Shown here piece after piece: positions 41,972-56,498 of a stretch of DNA of 64,000 nt. The stretch is from assembly GCA_964016885.1 (NCBI GenBank), contig OZ024746.1, forward strand, positions 38,378,001 through 38,442,000. The letters run 5' to 3'. Each line of letters opens with the position of its first letter. Within the stretch, counting starts at the first letter, position 1. The notes under the pieces were generated by a model. It saw nothing but the letters and a program-made list of their open reading frames with translations. It had not been told where the DNA came from and searched no databases. Origin of the DNA: Eledone cirrhosa. Lineage: Eukaryota. The translations under genes were made by a program, and so were the position numbers.

Positions 41972-43804
41972 CTATTTTGGTGTTGAAAGTGAAGAAAGAA
42001 AAGCACTTACCTCTCCGGGTTGCGTAATTTCCATGGCATCAGGTGTGTTGGGTGGAGGGATGTTTTGTGGTGGTGTGGGGGTACACGTGTGTGGTGGGGT
42101 TGGGGTATTTGGAGTTGTGTCAGGGAGAGGGGCGGTTATGGGGAAATCTTTCAAGAGGACGCGATTCAACGGTTTTAAACAGGGGGGGCTCACGTCCCGT
42201 CTAAATTGTTCTTTTAAGGAACGATAAAGGTCCAGAGGGACCTTTATCATTTTTAAATGGGTGAAGTTCTCTGTTGAGATAAAGTTTGGCCCTTCGGTCT
42301 GCACCATAGGGTTATTGTTTATTAATTTAACCAGTTTTTTGTTTTCTTTATTTATATATGTGTATTGCAACGTCTTTTTTTGTGATGCTGTCAATGTTTC
42401 GGAGAGGGGAGGCGCAGATTTATTTTTGTTTGTTGAGGGTGGGGTGTTTTTGATTGGAGTTGGTGTTTGTGTGTGGGTTATTTGTGGTGTGCTGGGTGTG
42501 TGTTTTCTTTTTTTTCTTTTAACTTGTCTGAAGGCTTCTCCTCCTTCTTCTTCAGAAGTTGGGGGAAACTCTTCAGCGCTAGGTGGGAGGGACGTGTTGT
42601 GTGGTTGTTTTTTTTGCGGGAGGGGTAGATTTGTTACTGTTTTTTTTATTATTTGTTTGGAATGGGTTTGTGGTGGTGGTGGTGGTAATGTTTGTGTCGT
42701 GCTTGTGGTTGGTGATGGTGGTGGTGATGTTTGTGTTGTGGTTGGTGGTGGTGATTTTTGTGTCGTGCTTGTGTTTGGTGCTGGTGGTGGTGATGTTTGT
42801 GTTGTGTTTGTGGTTGGTGGTGTCTGTATTTTGTTTGCTGTGTGTGGTATTAGTGTATTTTTGGAGGTGGGTGGTGCTGGTGTACTGTTTGTGGTGGGTG
42901 TGGGCAATAGTCCTTTTTGGGGGATACGTTTCGGGCAGTTAGCCTTAACGTGTCCCCTTTCCATGCATAAATAGCATGCTGGTCTTCTCCCCTCTACAAT
43001 TATGTCTATTGGGGTAAGGTCATCCAGCCAGATGCGATCCGGGATTTGTGCTATTCTTTCGGGCCTCATTTGGACTAGTATGTCGAGGCCCATTCCCAGG
43101 AACGCATCTCCAGTTGCCTTCCCCATTGACAGCATAGTGTCTTCGCCCATATCAATGAAGCCAGCAATAGCCCACCAGAAGTCCATTGTGGGCAGCATTG
43201 TTTTTACTTTTACTCTCTGTGTTCTTCTACCCATGTAGGAGGGATAGAAGCTATATGTTGTCGACGAGAGTGGGCTTAGGGAAAGCTTCTCCGCCGTTTC
43301 TTTGTCTCTTGTTAGGACCGAAATGCTGCCATAGAGTCGGTCCTTTCGTATGAAGAGAATATTCTTCATATAGTCTTTTAGGACTAACTCTATTTCCATT
43401 TGGCTGGGCTGTGCTGGCTTTCTTGTCTGGTTCAGTATAGTTCTGTATAGAACTGTGTTTTCTGCTCTGGCTTTCTTGAATTCTGGGGGGGAGTTAATGG
43501 AAAACATTCCGTTCTCCCCCAAAACAATGTGTTTCTTTGCTTCGGCCAGTTTTTCTCTGGCGGCAGTTAGGTCAATTGGTGTGTATGTAATGGATTGTTT
43601 TGTTTTCTGGGCGAAAGTTGCCCTGTCGTTATTTATATTATTTTCTGTTTGTTTGTTTGCTGTTTGCTAATTTTCCTTAACATTTGTTTTTTCATTTTGT
43701 TTGTTTGTTTCAATGTCTAATTTTGTTGTAATTATTTTTTGTTCTTCAGACTTGGGGGGCGTGGCAGAGCTAATGGCAGACATGTCTGCCATCTTTTCCG
43801 CCAT
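41972..43804 (-). pseudogene. ORF1 of copy C, premature TAG near 43667-43669
   Basis: GAG>TAG relative to copy B; 516 aa open downstream, with two compensating indels. Confidence 0.85.
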
Positions 43805-44005
43805 GCTGCCAAGAAAGAAATTTTTCGGCAAAAATAGATATTTATTTTACCCCCTAAAAAGGGGGTAAATGCAAAAATGTTTCCCTAAATAACAGGGGTT
43901 AGTGTTCCAAATGTGTTGCACTAAAAAATTTATCCGGTACTTACAATAGTAAGGGTAAATCCCGATGGAATAGCGGAGCCGATGCGAAGCGTGTCTTACT
44001 CTATC

Positions 44006-44052
<47 letters not shown>

Positions 44053-44057
44053 GTAGG

Positions 44058-44100
<43 letters not shown>

Positions 44101-44123
44101 GTAGATAGATAGATAGCTAGATA

Positions 44124-47100
44124 AATTTCTTTATTAGCCGCAAGGGGACGAAAGAAGGGGACAAATACAAATGGGGAGTGTACATACAGATATATGAAAA
44201 TAAAACTATTAATAAAATAACAAATAACTATTGAAATCCTCAATAGGGGGAAGGCGTTACACAGAGGTTGTACACACCCCGAAAACATGTGCAACCCTCA
44301 TCTCCAGGAGCACCAAGAGTGAGTACTCCCTCTTCTCTTCCTCTTTTTCCTCAACCTACAGGCTTATATAGAGAGAAGGCCCAACCACTCGGGCCATCTT
44401 TGCCACATTCACCCACCTTTTATAAATTTTGCTGGGGTACAGTACCTCTCTCTCCATCCTGACTCTTCTTCCAAAATGATATTTGAAAAAAACGAACCAG
44501 TTGCTGGCCGGAGAGAAAGGTGTCTTATCTAAGCCCTTTTAACCTCGTCCACCATAAAACCTCTTTCACCATAGCCATAACACATAGGAAAATCGCCTCT
44601 CCCTCGTTTTTGAAGGGGGTGGCGGTTTGATCATAACAATGGACTCGGTGGTCAACTGGATTGGTCCCACCCGCTACAATAGTCGTTCTACATAGCCCCA
44701 CAGGTCGGTAACGCCCGGGAAGTGTACAAATGCGTGCGCGACGGTTTACTCGTCGCACACACATCTCGGACAAATCTTTTTCGAAGGGTCCACCCCCGGG
44801 CACCCGTGTCTGTAGAGCGTGTCTCGAAATGGTAGAGCTCCTCGGTAGCACTGCCAGGCCAGGGACTTTTGGAAGTTCTCCATTGGTCCCGGGCGGAAGG
44901 TCCTACCGAACAGACTGGCCAGTTCGTCCTCCTCTGTGCTCAGAGTTTCTTCGAGCGCGTCATCGCACTTGCTGCGGACCAACCCGCTATAGAATGTCGA
45001 AGTGGAGTCTCCACTGATCGCCGGGTCCAGAGGACTGTGAGCGCCAGGGCACATTCGATGTGCCAGTCGCCCATTTTCCTCGATCTTTGCTTAACCCAGG
45101 ACTCTAGCTCGGTCAGCGAGACCAGTCGTGGGAAGGCTCGCCTCACGAAAGGGGTCCACACCGGTTGTTCGGTGAGGAATACGTGAAGGTGCCGCAGCCT
45201 GAGGGCGTGTTTACGCATCGTCAGCCACGGCGTTCCCAGCCTTCCGTTTGAAGGGGGTTGGCAGCAGATGGATCTTCTCACTAAAGGAGCCCGTTTCTTC
45301 CAAAGGAATTAGAAGAGCGCGCGCTCCATTTTGGTGAGCGTTTTGGCTGGACAAGGCACGACGGTCAAGCGGTAGTAGATGACGGACGCTATAAAAGTGT
45401 TCGCCACCTGCGCTCGACCTTTCAAGGATAGTTTGCACTCGGTCCACTTCTGGGTGAGCGCAAACACCTTGGCCGTCACCTCGTTTCAGTTCTTCTCCAC
45501 CTGGAGGTCCGGACCAACCAGACCGCGAGCAGATTTACCGGTCCTTCCGTCCAGCGCCCCACGACGTCATCAGAAGGCATCGGTTTGCCTCTCCACGTTC
45601 CGAGTTACAAACCAACGGATTTGTCCCGGTTCAGCTTCAGTCCTGTGAGTCTTTCTTATTCCTCCAGTAAGGTATCGACCTCCCCGATTTGCGAGATGCT
45701 CGACAACATCACTGTCATGTCGTCGGCGTAGGCCGACGGCGCTTTTCGCAGTCCCGGTTCCAAAGGGATGCCCTGCAATAGCTCCAACTTCCGCAGTAGT
45801 GGCTCGACAGTCAGTACGTACAGAAGGGAGGAGAGAGGGCATCCCTCTCGGATGGATCGCGTGATATGGAACGACTCCGAGATGTAGCCGTTTACCTTGA
45901 CCCTTGAGCAGATGTTGCTGCTGTTCATTGCAGCAATCCAGTCCTTTAACACGGGTCCGAAGCCTGCCGGCTCGAGCACCGCATCCAGGTAACGATGGTC
46001 AACCCTATCGAAAGCCTTAGACTGATCCAAGTTGATCAGGGCCTTACCGAAGCCGGGTTTACACCCCACCCTCTCTATGATGTATCGCATGAGATGGAGG
46101 TTGTCGTCTATGGACCTGGTCGGGATTGCGCATATCTGCACTTCTCCCACCAGTTTTTCGACGACAAGCGCCAGCCTCTTTGCCAAAACTTTGGCCAAAA
46201 TCTGTAACTCTGTGTTTAGCAGAGTTATGGGCCGGAAGTTGCCTGTGCTATCCCCCTTATTCTCGTCCTACCTGACTAACGTGACTACGCCCTTGGTCAC
46301 AGAACTGGGAATTCTCTCGTTCTGCTGCCAGTTGCAGTAGACCGCTTCCAGAGAACAAATCCGGCATTGCTACGTAAATTTCGTAGGGTAGACCGTCGAG
46401 ACCTGGAGATTTGCGTTTGCCGCATTGGCTCAGCGCTTCCCCTATCTCAGCGGCCGAAATGTCCTTTCGCATAACTTTGCCTCGCTGTCCGAGAGTCGCG
46501 GTAGGCCGTCGAGGTATGGACCGAAATCCATAGCCCCTCCCGGCGCGCCGCCCTGCCCTAACAGTTGAGCAAAGTGCCGCTGAAAGGCCGCGCACATCTG
46601 CTTCGGCTCACGTATCACGCATCCGACTTGGTCCTTCAAACACCGAATCGTGGACTTGTTGCCACTTTTCGCCTCCGTCACTCGGGCCAAGCTAACAGCT
46701 TTGGCTCCCTCGTTTCCCAGAGCACGTATTTTGCTTCTGACAACGCAGCCTTCATGCTTTGCATCGAAGAACTGGTCCAAGGCCGTTCTCGTCGCTAGCA
46801 CGCTGTGCCACTTCTACTTTATCTACCAGTTCCTTTTCGGTTTTAGTTCTAAGTAACACTAATTCTTTACTAAAACCTATCGAGTCTAATCTAACTGCCC
46901 TCTTGAGAGAGTACCACCATCTGTTGTTGACAATGGCCCCCGTCAAGTGCTGCTTAACTAAAGTGGTATCAGTCTACTGTAGGCTTTGCATGTCGGTAAC
47001 GGCAAGTTTAGCTTCCAGTAGCCGGGTCCCTTTCTATGGGTTTTGTCAAGGTTAACTAAGCAGGTCACTAATTTGTGATCTGAATAGGCAACCATGAACA

Positions 47101-47218
47101 TTTGTGGACAGCTTAACATGTCCCTATCCTTCTTTCTAACTAGAACCCTATCTAGGTACGATCTAGATGTTCCGCTACGAATAGTCCACGTCCACAGTGG
47201 CACAGTCGGAAAATCTAG
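44124..47218 (-). mobile_element. 5'-truncated degenerate Tx1-type element, subfamily 2, copy D
   Basis: Fragmented ORF2 from WTW..SRSYLDR..SDHK through YADD to CPRC. 3' UTR matches copy E. 5' end joins (GATA)n 47218-47249. Confidence 0.92.
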
Positions 47219-47249
<31 letters not shown>

Positions 47250-47404
47250 AGAAAGTGATCGTAATTTAGTATCTGTGTTCAGACCTGAAAAGTGTTGGAC
47301 TAGACACGCCGTATGATGGTACCTCTACGACACGCCACATGATGGTGCCTCTGCGACTCCAGAAGGAGTTATGGGATCCTTATCCGTATTATATATATAT
47401 ATAC

Positions 47405-47567
<163 letters not shown>

Positions 47568-47597
47568 AAAGAATAGAGGTGTAACACACAAGTTATT

Positions 47598-47885
47598 ATA
47601 TATTGGTAAACGGAATAGAAAATGCTGACAAATTGTTCACAGTTGAAAAATGGTTTAATTAGGAATAAAAGAGTAAACAGCACGGATCAGAGCAAACAGC
47701 ACGGACACTCTATCTCAAAATTATTTTTGAAAAGCATTTAGAAATGCGCAACCGGTAAAAACTTAAAAACTTAAAACCACAACTGAATACTAACCCATAC
47801 AATCACTAATACTCTTTTATTCCTAATTAAACCATTTTTCAACTGTGAACAATTTGTCAGCATTTTCTATTCCGTTTACCAATAT
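47598..47885. mobile_element. Fold-back insertion between (TA)n tracts
   Basis: 47598-47673 is the exact reverse complement of about 47811-47885; GCAA-CCGG-TA lies in the loop. Confidence 0.65.
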
Positions 47886-47989
47886 ATATATATATATATA
47901 TATATACGTTATTCCGGGTTGAATCGGAGGTAACCACAGTAAGTAAGGTACTCAATACATAGCAGAGTATAAAAGTTTTAATATAGATG

Positions 47990-48040
47990 AGATTCTACAG
48001 GACTAGAACTGTTTCATTCATTAGGAATCATCAGGAATCT
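47990..48040 (-). ncRNA. Type I hammerhead ribozyme (Penelope 3' end)
   Basis: Minus: agattc-CTGATGA-ttcctaatgaat-GAAA-cag-ttctagtc-ctg-TA-gaatct. Partial plus-strand copy at 48954-49003. Confidence 0.8.
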
Positions 48041-48651
48041 GCGTATCAAAAAATAAATATGGTATTTATAGGTCTCTACAAGTGGTAGGAGAGGGTGGGG
48101 AGTGGGATGGGTGCAGGTCATTGGTTGATAGAAAAGGGAATTCATTAAAAGCTAATTCTACAAAGCTATAGTTTATTTTTATTTATTTATGTTTTTAGAG
48201 TAACAAGGGCAGACAAAATTCTATAAACAGGTTCCGGATGGCATACCATTCCTTGTCATTAAGTTTCTCTTAAGCTAACAGATGTCTATAAAATCAGTGG
48301 GGGATCAGTCATGGTCGATAGAATTAAAGAAAAGGGAGATTTTTTAAAAGCTAAAATCATTAAGGTTCTACTAAGTGACAAAGGTCTAGAGAATTCTGCA
48401 GACAGATTCAAAATACTGAGTGCATATCTTACTATTATCTTCGAACTTCTCTTAAACTAATCAACTATATGCCAAAAATCAACAGACGCATTCACAAAAA
48501 AACAAAAAAACACATACTCACTCACACACTTACGCGCAACCATAAACACACACACAAACACAAATACACACATAAAAACACACACACATATATAAAAATA
48601 TATAAATATATATTCATGTACACACACATACATACACACATACATACATAC

Positions 48652-48693
<42 letters not shown>

Positions 48694-48898
48694 TATACAC
48701 ACATATATACACTCACATATATATACATATATACAGATACACACACACATACACATACATACACACACACACACATATATACACAAATAAATACACTCAC
48801 ACGCATACATACAAACACAAATATACATGTGTATACATATACACACAAATACATATAGACATATATACATACACATACACAGACACATATACATACAC

Positions 48899-48942
<44 letters not shown>

Positions 48943-49001
48943 GTTATTCCGGGTGATGATTTCTAATGAATGAAACAGTTCTAGTCCTGTAGAATCTCAT
49001 C

Positions 49002-49070
<69 letters not shown>

Positions 49071-49126
49071 ACACATACATACATACACATACACATATAC
49101 ACACACATACGTATACATATACATAC

Positions 49127-49189
<63 letters not shown>

Positions 49190-49396
49190 CCCATACACAC
49201 ACATATATATATACATATACACACACATAAACACAAACACACACACACATATATATACACATATACATATATATATATATACATTTATATATATAACCAC
49301 ATACATATATACATACATACACATACACATATATATATATACACACACATAAACAAATATATACACATACAAACACACACACACATACATACACAT

Positions 49397-49440
<44 letters not shown>

Positions 49441-49694
49441 ATGTGTATACACACACATATATATACATATATACAGATACACACACACATACACATACAT
49501 ACACACACACACACATATATACACAAATAAATACACTCACACGCATACATACAAACACAAATATACATGTGTATACATATACACACAAATACATATAGAC
49601 GTATATACATACACATACATATATATATATATATACATATATACACACACATACACATACATACACATATATAAGGAAAAAGCACCATACATAC

Positions 49695-49725
<31 letters not shown>

Positions 49726-49744
49726 CACACATACACACACACAC

Positions 49745-49808
<64 letters not shown>

Positions 49809-50022
49809 ACATATATATATATATACACACATATATACACACACCCACACATATACATATATACACATATACGCACACACACATACACACACACACATAC
49901 ACACACATATACACATATACATATGTATATACATATATATATATATATACATACACACAAATATATACATATATATAAAAATACACACACATTTACATAC
50001 ATACACACACACATATATACAC

Positions 50023-50089
<67 letters not shown>

Positions 50090-50210
50090 TATATGTATAT
50101 ATATACACATACAAACACACATACAAACATACATATACACATACATACATATAAACACATACATACACACATATATACACGTATGTACATACATATATAC
50201 ATATATATAC

Positions 50211-50241
<31 letters not shown>

Positions 50242-50349
50242 TATATACACATATACATACATATATTTACACACACATATACATATTATATATACAAACA
50301 TATACACACACATACACACACACATATATACACATACATACATACACAC

Positions 50350-50412
<63 letters not shown>

Positions 50413-50501
50413 TACATACATACACATACACATATATACATATATACACATACATACAAGTACACACATATATATACACGCACACACATACATATACACA
50501 C

Positions 50502-50534
<33 letters not shown>

Positions 50535-50569
50535 TACACATGCATATGTATAAATATCTATACACACAC

Positions 50570-50624
<55 letters not shown>

Positions 50625-50731
50625 TATATACATATATATATATATATACATACACACATATACATACATACACACATACATATACACAGACACACACATA
50701 TATACATATATATACACATATATACACACAT

Positions 50732-50775
<44 letters not shown>

Positions 50776-50928
50776 ATAAATGCTCTGAAATAGCGATATA
50801 TATGTGAGTATAGACATAGAATATTCGAAAATATTCTGTATGTTTATAATAAACATTTTGAAGACCTAATCGCTATAGAATAGAATACGTCACGTATTAC
50901 AATTAGATTCTCGATAAAAGCAAGGGAA

Positions 50929-50971
50929 GTAATCTACGCGTTTCATTCTTGTTAGAATTCATCAGGACTAC
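50929..50971 (-). ncRNA. Hammerhead ribozyme of the 310-bp unit, inverted copies (also 51239-51281)
   Basis: Exact reverse complement of the 51749-51791 motif. Confidence 0.9.
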
Positions 50972-51748
50972 ATATCCAGTGCTTTTATCGAGAATGACAC
51001 AGCTAGAGACTTATAGAATACTTAGCTGTGTACTGGAACTGGTTTGAAAGAGCGGTTGCCGGTCCGGCAGAAATTAGAAATTGGAATAAATGCTCTGAAA
51101 TAGCGATATATATGTGAGTATAGACATAGAATATTCGAAAATATTCTGTATGTTTATAATAAACATTTTGAAGACCTAATCGCTATAGAATAGAATACGT
51201 CACGTATTACAATTAGATTCTCGATAAAAGCAAGGGAAGTAATCTACGCGTTTCATTCTTGTTAGAATTCATCAGGACTACATATCCAGTGCTTTTATCG
51301 AGAATGACACAGCTAGAGACTTATAGAATACTTAGCTGTGTACTGGAACTGGTTTGAAAGAGCGGTTGCCGGTCCGGCAGAAATTAGAAATTGGAATAAA
51401 TGCTCTGAAATAGCGATATATATGTGAGTATAGACATAGAATATTCGAAAATATTCTGTATGTTTATAATAAACATTTTGAAGACCTAATCGCTATCGAG
51501 AATCTAATTGTAATACGTGACGTATTCTATTCTATAGCGATTAGGTCTTCAAAATGTTTATTATAAACATACAGAATATTTTCGAATATTCTATGTCTAT
51601 ACTCACATATATATCGCTATTTCAGAGCATTTATTCCAATTTCTAATTTCTGCCGGACCGGCAACCGCTCTTTCAAACCAGTTCCAGTACACAGCTAAGT
51701 ATTCTATAAGTCTCTAGCTGTGTCATTCTCGATAAAAGCACTGGATAT

Positions 51749-51791
51749 GTAGTCCTGATGAATTCTAACAAGAATGAAACGCGTAGATTAC
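51749..51791 (+). ncRNA. Minimal type I hammerhead ribozyme; further copies start at 52059, 52369, 52679, 52989, 53299, 53609, 53919, 54229
   Basis: gtagtc-CTGATGA-attc-taacaa-gaat-GAAA-cgcg-TA-gattac. Complete core, 6-bp stem I, 4-bp stem II, palindromic CGCG stem III. Stem I is extended past an internal loop by a perfect 16-bp helix (51725-51740 / 51798-51813). Confidence 0.92.
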
Positions 51792-54388
51792 TTCCCTTGC
51801 TTTTATCGAGAATCTAATTGTAATACGTGACGTATTCTATTCTATAGCGATTAGGTCTTCAAAATGTTTATTATAAACATACAGAATATTTTCGAATATT
51901 CTATGTCTATACTCACATATATATCGCTATTTCAGAGCATTTATTCCAATTTCTAATTTCTGCCGGACCGGCAACCGCTCTTTCAAACCAGTTCCAGTAC
52001 ACAGCTAAGTATTCTATAAGTCTCTAGCTGTGTCATTCTCGATAAAAGCACTGGATATGTAGTCCTGATGAATTCTAACAAGAATGAAACGCGTAGATTA
52101 CTTCCCTTGCTTTTATCGAGAATCTAATTGTAATACGTGACGTATTCTATTCTATAGCGATTAGGTCTTCAAAATGTTTATTATAAACATACAGAATATT
52201 TTCGAATATTCTATGTCTATACTCACATATATATCGCTATTTCAGAGCATTTATTCCAATTTCTAATTTCTGCCGGACCGGCAACCGCTCTTTCAAACCA
52301 GTTCCAGTACACAGCTAAGTATTCTATAAGTCTCTAGCTGTGTCATTCTCGATAAAAGCACTGGATATGTAGTCCTGATGAATTCTAACAAGAATGAAAC
52401 GCGTAGATTACTTCCCTTGCTTTTATCGAGAATCTAATTGTAATACGTGACGTATTCTATTCTATAGCGATTAGGTCTTCAAAATGTTTATTATAAACAT
52501 ACAGAATATTTTCGAATATTCTATGTCTATACTCACATATATATCGCTATTTCAGAGCATTTATTCCAATTTCTAATTTCTGCCGGACCGGCAACCGCTC
52601 TTTCAAACCAGTTCCAGTACACAGCTAAGTATTCTATAAGTCTCTAGCTGTGTCATTCTCGATAAAAGCACTGGATATGTAGTCCTGATGAATTCTAACA
52701 AGAATGAAACGCGTAGATTACTTCCCTTGCTTTTATCGAGAATCTAATTGTAATACGTGACGTATTCTATTCTATAGCGATTAGGTCTTCAAAATGTTTA
52801 TTATAAACATACAGAATATTTTCGAATATTCTATGTCTATACTCACATATATATCGCTATTTCAGAGCATTTATTCCAATTTCTAATTTCTGCCGGACCG
52901 GCAACCGCTCTTTCAAACCAGTTCCAGTACACAGCTAAGTATTCTATAAGTCTCTAGCTGTGTCATTCTCGATAAAAGCACTGGATATGTAGTCCTGATG
53001 AATTCTAACAAGAATGAAACGCGTAGATTACTTCCCTTGCTTTTATCGAGAATCTAATTGTAATACGTGACGTATTCTATTCTATAGCGATTAGGTCTTC
53101 AAAATGTTTATTATAAACATACAGAATATTTTCGAATATTCTATGTCTATACTCACATATATATCGCTATTTCAGAGCATTTATTCCAATTTCTAATTTC
53201 TGCCGGACCGGCAACCGCTCTTTCAAACCAGTTCCAGTACACAGCTAAGTATTCTATAAGTCTCTAGCTGTGTCATTCTCGATAAAAGCACTGGATATGT
53301 AGTCCTGATGAATTCTAACAAGAATGAAACGCGTAGATTACTTCCCTTGCTTTTATCGAGAATCTAATTGTAATACGTGACGTATTCTATTCTATAGCGA
53401 TTAGGTCTTCAAAATGTTTATTATAAACATACAGAATATTTTCGAATATTCTATGTCTATACTCACATATATATCGCTATTTCAGAGCATTTATTCCAAT
53501 TTCTAATTTCTGCCGGACCGGCAACCGCTCTTTCAAACCAGTTCCAGTACACAGCTAAGTATTCTATAAGTCTCTAGCTGTGTCATTCTCGATAAAAGCA
53601 CTGGATATGTAGTCCTGATGAATTCTAACAAGAATGAAACGCGTAGATTACTTCCCTTGCTTTTATCGAGAATCTAATTGTAATACGTGACGTATTCTAT
53701 TCTATAGCGATTAGGTCTTCAAAATGTTTATTATAAACATACAGAATATTTTCGAATATTCTATGTCTATACTCACATATATATCGCTATTTCAGAGCAT
53801 TTATTCCAATTTCTAATTTCTGCCGGACCGGCAACCGCTCTTTCAAACCAGTTCCAGTACACAGCTAAGTATTCTATAAGTCTCTAGCTGTGTCATTCTC
53901 GATAAAAGCACTGGATATGTAGTCCTGATGAATTCTAACAAGAATGAAACGCGTAGATTACTTCCCTTGCTTTTATCGAGAATCTAATTGTAATACGTGA
54001 CGTATTCTATTCTATAGCGATTAGGTCTTCAAAATGTTTATTATAAACATACAGAATATTTTCGAATATTCTATGTCTATACTCACATATATATCGCTAT
54101 TTCAGAGCATTTATTCCAATTTCTAATTTCTGCCGGACCGGCAACCGCTCTTTCAAACCAGTTCCAGTACACAGCTAAGTATTCTATAAGTCTCTAGCTG
54201 TGTCATTCTCGATAAAAGCACTGGATATGTAGTCCTGATGAATTCTAACAAGAATGAAACGCGTAGATTACTTCCCTTGCTTTTATCGAGAATCTAATTG
54301 TAATACGTGACGTATTCTATTCTATAGCGATTAGGTCTTCAAAATGTTTATTATAAACATACAGAATATTTTCGAATATTCTATGTCT

Positions 54389-54507
<119 letters not shown>

Positions 54508-54560
54508 CAAATACACACACACACACATATATATATATATCCACACACACACACACGCAC

Positions 54561-54609
<49 letters not shown>

Positions 54610-54648
54610 CACACATACACACATATACACATATACATACATATACAT

Positions 54649-54683
<35 letters not shown>

Positions 54684-55133
54684 CATATACACATATATAT
54701 ATATATACACATACACATACATATACATACACACACATATACATACACATACATACATACATACACATACATACATACATACATACACACATATACACAT
54801 ATATATATATATATATATACATATACATACACATATATATACATACATATACATACATAAATATACACACATAAAACACATATACACACAAACATATATA
54901 TATATACACACACACATACATATACACACATACAAACAAATATATACACATACAAGTAAATAGGTACTCAATAAATATACGCATATACGCAGGCACATAA
55001 AGACACCTCTACATGCAGAAAATGTAGATACGAAAGAGGTACTCACATAACCATAGTGGCCGTATTTCAGGTTGAGGAGGGGTGGGGGTAGGGTGGGGGG
55101 GGAGGTATAGGGACCAATAGGGGGAGGTCGTTT

Positions 55134-55930
55134 TTAGCCATCGGGCTTTAACACTGGCTTAAAGTGTTTGAATGTTGCAAAGTTCTTGTGCATGCAGTTC
55201 GGGCAGTGTTCAGAGAGTTTGTTCAGTAGCGGGCCCTTGGCGAATAAAATTTCGTAGCTCTCTGAAATACAAATGTCGCAGCCCTTGTGTCCTCCGTTGT
55301 AAGAGCGCGCTTTCTGGAGTATTTTCCAATTAAGCGTGAAGGGGGTGGAGTTCCTTTTGAGGTCCCAAACGTAGGAGGCGAGTGTTGTCTGATTTGATTT
55401 ATCCGGTCTTCTGAAGGAGTGGGTATGGGCATACCAACGGGTCTTAAAGTTGTTGGAGGTCATGCCGATGTAAGTTTTTTTGCAATCCTCGGTGCCTGAG
55501 ATGACATCGCATTTGTATACGATGTCATTTGTGAGGCATTTGTTTTCAAGTGGGCATGCTTCCTTATTTAGGCAATTACATAGAGCCCCAGTCCGGGGAT
55601 TGGTTTCGGAGGTGGTTGGCTTATTTAGTTTAGAATTGTGGTTGGCTATATTCCTAGCTAGGTTAGGTGTGGTGGAGTAAGACAGTCTTATAGTGTTCTT
55701 ATTAAAGATGGTGTAGTACCTATGTTGTATGGGGAAGTGTAATTTCAGTAAAGTGAAGAAAATCCTAGCTATCGGAGTAGATACCTCTCTATTGAAGGGA
55801 GGGTTGTACCAGCTAATCTGCCTATGTCTATTCCTCCTCTGCAATCTTGCGGTGGTTTCTAGGTAAGTTATCTTATCTTTAAATCCGCTACGGGCTAGGG
55901 CGTCATTGTAGTAGGAGGCAGATGCATTAA
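55134..55930 (-). pseudogene. Penelope linker plus GIY-YIG endonuclease (5'-truncated, open frame)
   Basis: WYNPPFN, CNC....CPL...CL, IVYKCDV...TYIGMT..FKTRWYAH, CDICISE, LNK.SE.CPNCMH. Confidence 0.9.
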
Positions 55931-56034
55931 TGAATTCCCTTTTCTATCAACCAATGACCTGCACCCATCCCACTCCCCACCCTCTCCTACCACTTGTAGA
56001 GACCTATAAATACCATATTTATTTTTTGATACCC

Positions 56035-56085
56035 AGATTCCTGATGATTTCTAATGAATGAAACAGTTCTAGTCCTGTAGAATCT
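56035..56085 (+). ncRNA. Hammerhead ribozyme in the inverted terminal duplication
   Basis: agattc-CTGATGA-tttctaatgaat-GAAA-cag-ttctagtc-ctg-TA-gaatct. Confidence 0.8.
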
Positions 56086-56106
56086 CATCTATATTAAAAC
56101 TATATA

Positions 56107-56164
<58 letters not shown>

Positions 56165-56171
<7 letters not shown>

Positions 56172-56302
56172 ATACTTGGGGAGGGTCATATTTGTGTAAT
56201 ATTGCCAGAATTAATAACAGAAAACCAACCAAACAGTGAGTATGTTCTGTTATTAATTCTGGCAATATTACACAAATATGACCCTCCTCAAGTAAAACAA
56301 TA
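56165..56302. mobile_element. Fold-back insertion related to 21938-22110
   Basis: TATTGTTATACTTGGGGAGGGTCATATTTGTGTAATATTGCCAGAATTAATAACAGAA and its reverse complement; between (TA)n tracts. Confidence 0.65.
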
Positions 56303-56357
56303 TTTGTTTCGACACACGATTTCATATTAAAAACCTCGCAAAACTAATTCATCGCCG

Positions 56358-56498
<141 letters not shown>

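Larger units (their letters stand above)
38306..44006 (-). mobile_element. Full-length Tx1-type element, copy C
   Basis: Near-identical to A and B; flanked by (GATA)n 38197-38305 and 44007-44123. Confidence 0.95.

Noticed and set aside
26872-47055. Plus-strand and alternate-frame ORFs within the Tx1 copies
   Set aside because: Antisense or off-frame shadows of GC-rich ORF1/ORF2; they recur only because the copies are near-identical.
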